Assembly (NCBI RefSeq): GCF_009914755.1
Contig: NC_060934.1
Reading direction: 5' to 3' (one strand)
Origin: the human T2T-CHM13v2.0 reference genome, Homo sapiens
Length of the DNA stretch: 64,000 bases
The notes under the pieces are model-generated. The model had not been told where the DNA came from. It was given only the letters and a program-made list of their open reading frames with translations, and did not search any database. Shown piece by piece: positions 60,966 through 64,000 of this stretch (positions are counted from its first letter, which is position 1; each line of letters opens with the position of its first letter). Made by a program: the position numbers and the translations under genes.

Positions 60966-61743
60966 AAGAATATGAAAAAATACTCAATATCATTAATCAT
61001 TAGAAAAATGCAAATCAAAACCACAATGAGATATCATGTCATACCAGTCAGAATGACTATTATTAAAAAGTCAACAAAAATAACAGATGCTGGTGAGGTT
61101 ACAGAGAAAAGGGAACACTTACAAACTGCTGGTGAGAATGTAAATTAGTTCAGTCACTATGGAAAGCAATGTGGTAATTTCTCAAAGAACTTAAAATAGA
61201 AGTACCATTCAACCCAGCAATCCTATTATTGGGTACATACCCAAAGGAATATAAATCATTCTGCCATAAAGACACATGTTCAAGTATGTTCATCATAGCA
61301 CTATTCACAATAGCAAAGACATGGACTCAACCTAAATGCCCATCAACAGAAGACAGGATAAGGGAAATGTGGTACATATACACCATGGACTACTATGCAG
61401 CCACAAAAAAAAGAATATCATGTCCTTTGCAGTAATGTGAATGGAACTGGAGGCCATTATCCTAAGTAAACTAATGCAGGAAGAGAAAACCAAATACTGC
61501 ATGTTCTCACTTATAAGTGGGAACTGAACATTATGGACACAAAGAGGGGAACAACAGACACTGGGGCCTACTTGAGGGTAAAGAATGGGTGAAGAGAGAG
61601 GACTGAAAAACTACCTATCATGTACTATGCTTATGAGTGGGGTGACTAAATAATCTGTACACTAAAGCCTCATGACATGCAATTTACCTAAATAACAAAC
61701 CTGTACGTGTATACCTGAACATAAAATATAAGTTAAAAAAAAA

Positions 61744-62600
61744 CCTACAATGAGATATGATCTTACCCTAGTTAAAATTGCTTTTATCCAAAAGACAGGC
61801 AATAACAAATGCTGGCAAGGATGTGGAAAAAAGGAAACTCTTGTACACTGTTGGTGGGAATGTAAACTATTATAACTACTATGGATAACAGTTCGGAGGT
61901 TCCTCAAAAGACTAAAAATAGAACTACCATATGATCCAGTAATCCCACTGCCAGGAATACATCAAAAAGAAAGGAAATCAGTACATCAAAGAGATATCTG
62001 CACTCCCATGTTTATTGCAGCACTATTCACAATAGCCAAGATTTGGAAGCAACCTAAGTGTCCATCAGCAGAAGAATGGATACAGAAAATGTGGTACATT
62101 TACACAACGGAGTGCTCTTTAGCCATAAAAAGAATGAGATCCTGTCATTTGCAACAACATGGATAGAAGTGGAGGTCATTATAAGTGAATTAAGCCAGGC
62201 ACAGAAAGACAAATTTTACATATTCTCACTTGTTTGTGGAAGCTAAAAATATTAAGACAATTGAACTTATGGAGATAGAGATTAGAATGATGATTACTAG
62301 AGGCTGGGAAGAGTAGTAGCGGGGGAAGTGGGGATGGTTAATGGGTACAAAAATATACTTAGATAGAATTAATAAGATCTAGTGTTTGTTAGAACAAGAG
62401 GATGACTATAGTCAACAATAGTTTATTGCACATTTCAAAATAACTAAAAGAGTATAATTGGATTGTTTGTAATACAAAGAATAAATGCTTGAAGTCATTT
62501 ACCCTGATGTGATTATTACTCATTGTATGCTCGCATCAAATATCTCATGTACCCCATAAATATATATATCTACTATGTGTCCACAAAAAATTTTTAAAAA
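61744..62600 (+). mobile_element. L1MA/L1PB-type 3' fragment
   Basis: A second ORF2 C-terminus and 3' UTR (GATATCTGCACTCCCATGTTTATTGCAGCAC...ATCTCATGTACCCCATAAATATATA). Confidence 0.8.
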
Positions 62601-62667
62601 TAATAAGAATTGGCTTAAAAAATGCTGTTTCCTGGGCCCCACCCTAGACTGATGGTCAGATACCTAA

Positions 62668-63615
<948 letters not shown>

Positions 63616-63706
63616 TTAGGAATGCTTCCACATTCTCTCAAACAAATTTTAGTCACAGTTTTGAATAACGTACTCTGGCTCAGCCATTGCAGGTCTCAAG
63701 CCGTTA

Positions 63707-63842
63707 GGTTTCATTTTCCTCCTCCCAACGATTTTAAATTAGTTTCACTTTCCAGTTTCCTCTTCCTTCCCCTAAAAGCAATTACTCAAAAACGGAGAAA
63801 ACATCAGCTGATGCGTGCCCTACTCTCCCACCCCTTTATATA
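63707..63842 (+). promoter_or_regulatory. IFIT3: IFIT3 promoter: ISREs, E-box, TATA
   Basis: GGTTTCATTTTC (63707-63718), AGTTTCACTTTCC (63741-63753), AGTTTCCTCTTCC (63754-63766), TCAGCTGA (63804-63811) and TTTATATA (63835-63842). Confidence 0.88.
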
Positions 63843-63941
63843 GTTCCTTCAGTATTTACTTGAGGCAGACAGGAAGACTTCTGAAGAACAAATCAGCCTG
63901 GTCACCAGCTTTTCGGAACAGCAGAGACACAGAGGGCAGTC

Positions 63942-63946
63942 ATGAG
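63942..63946 (+). CDS. IFIT3: IFIT3 coding exon 1 (ATG AG); exon 2 lies beyond the window
   Basis: GTCATGAG|GTCAGT downstream of an ISRE/TATA promoter. IFIT3 is the next gene after IFIT2 in the cluster (established gene order). Confidence 0.85.
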
Positions 63947-64000
63947 GTCAGTGAAATAAGAATGCATAATCATGCTTGTTTTTGAGTGCAAATTGTAAGT

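Larger units (their letters stand above)
58106..61743 (+). mobile_element. Older L1 (L1PA13-16-like): 5' UTR joined directly to mid-ORF2, then 3' UTR
   Basis: AAGATGGTAAACTAGAAGCA start, RT fragments from ~58990 ([16 protein letters not shown]), A-tail at ~61735. ORF1 and EN are absent. Confidence 0.82.

Overview
Primate (almost certainly human) genomic DNA from the IFIT cluster. This is chr10q23 by established knowledge, with LIPA expected upstream on the minus strand, outside the window. The window holds the complete two-exon IFIT2/ISG54 gene (ATGAG at 37992-37996 spliced to exon 2 at 41830-43243; 472 aa) and, at the right edge, the IFIT3 promoter and coding exon 1. The rest is mostly transposon-derived: a 6.2-kb HERV-H provirus with both LTRs, PBS and TSD, a full-length dead L1PA, several older L1s, 14 Alus, solo LTRs and DNA transposon fossils. 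Four things stand out. (1) The IFIT2 promoter and exon 1 sit in the 491-bp loop of a ~322-bp, ~95%-identical inverted repeat. (2) Two extra IFIT-type promoter/first-exon cassettes lie upstream with no exon 2 of their own: one at ~19.5-19.75 kb with an intact ATGAG|GTAAAG, and one at ~31.65-31.88 kb with an intact ISRE but a dead donor. (3) A 25-bp L1 tail with a 13-bp TSD lies directly against the IFIT2 ISREs. (4) One L1 target site has been reused repeatedly at 52-62.6 kb. Repeat subfamily names come from recognition by eye and are provisional.
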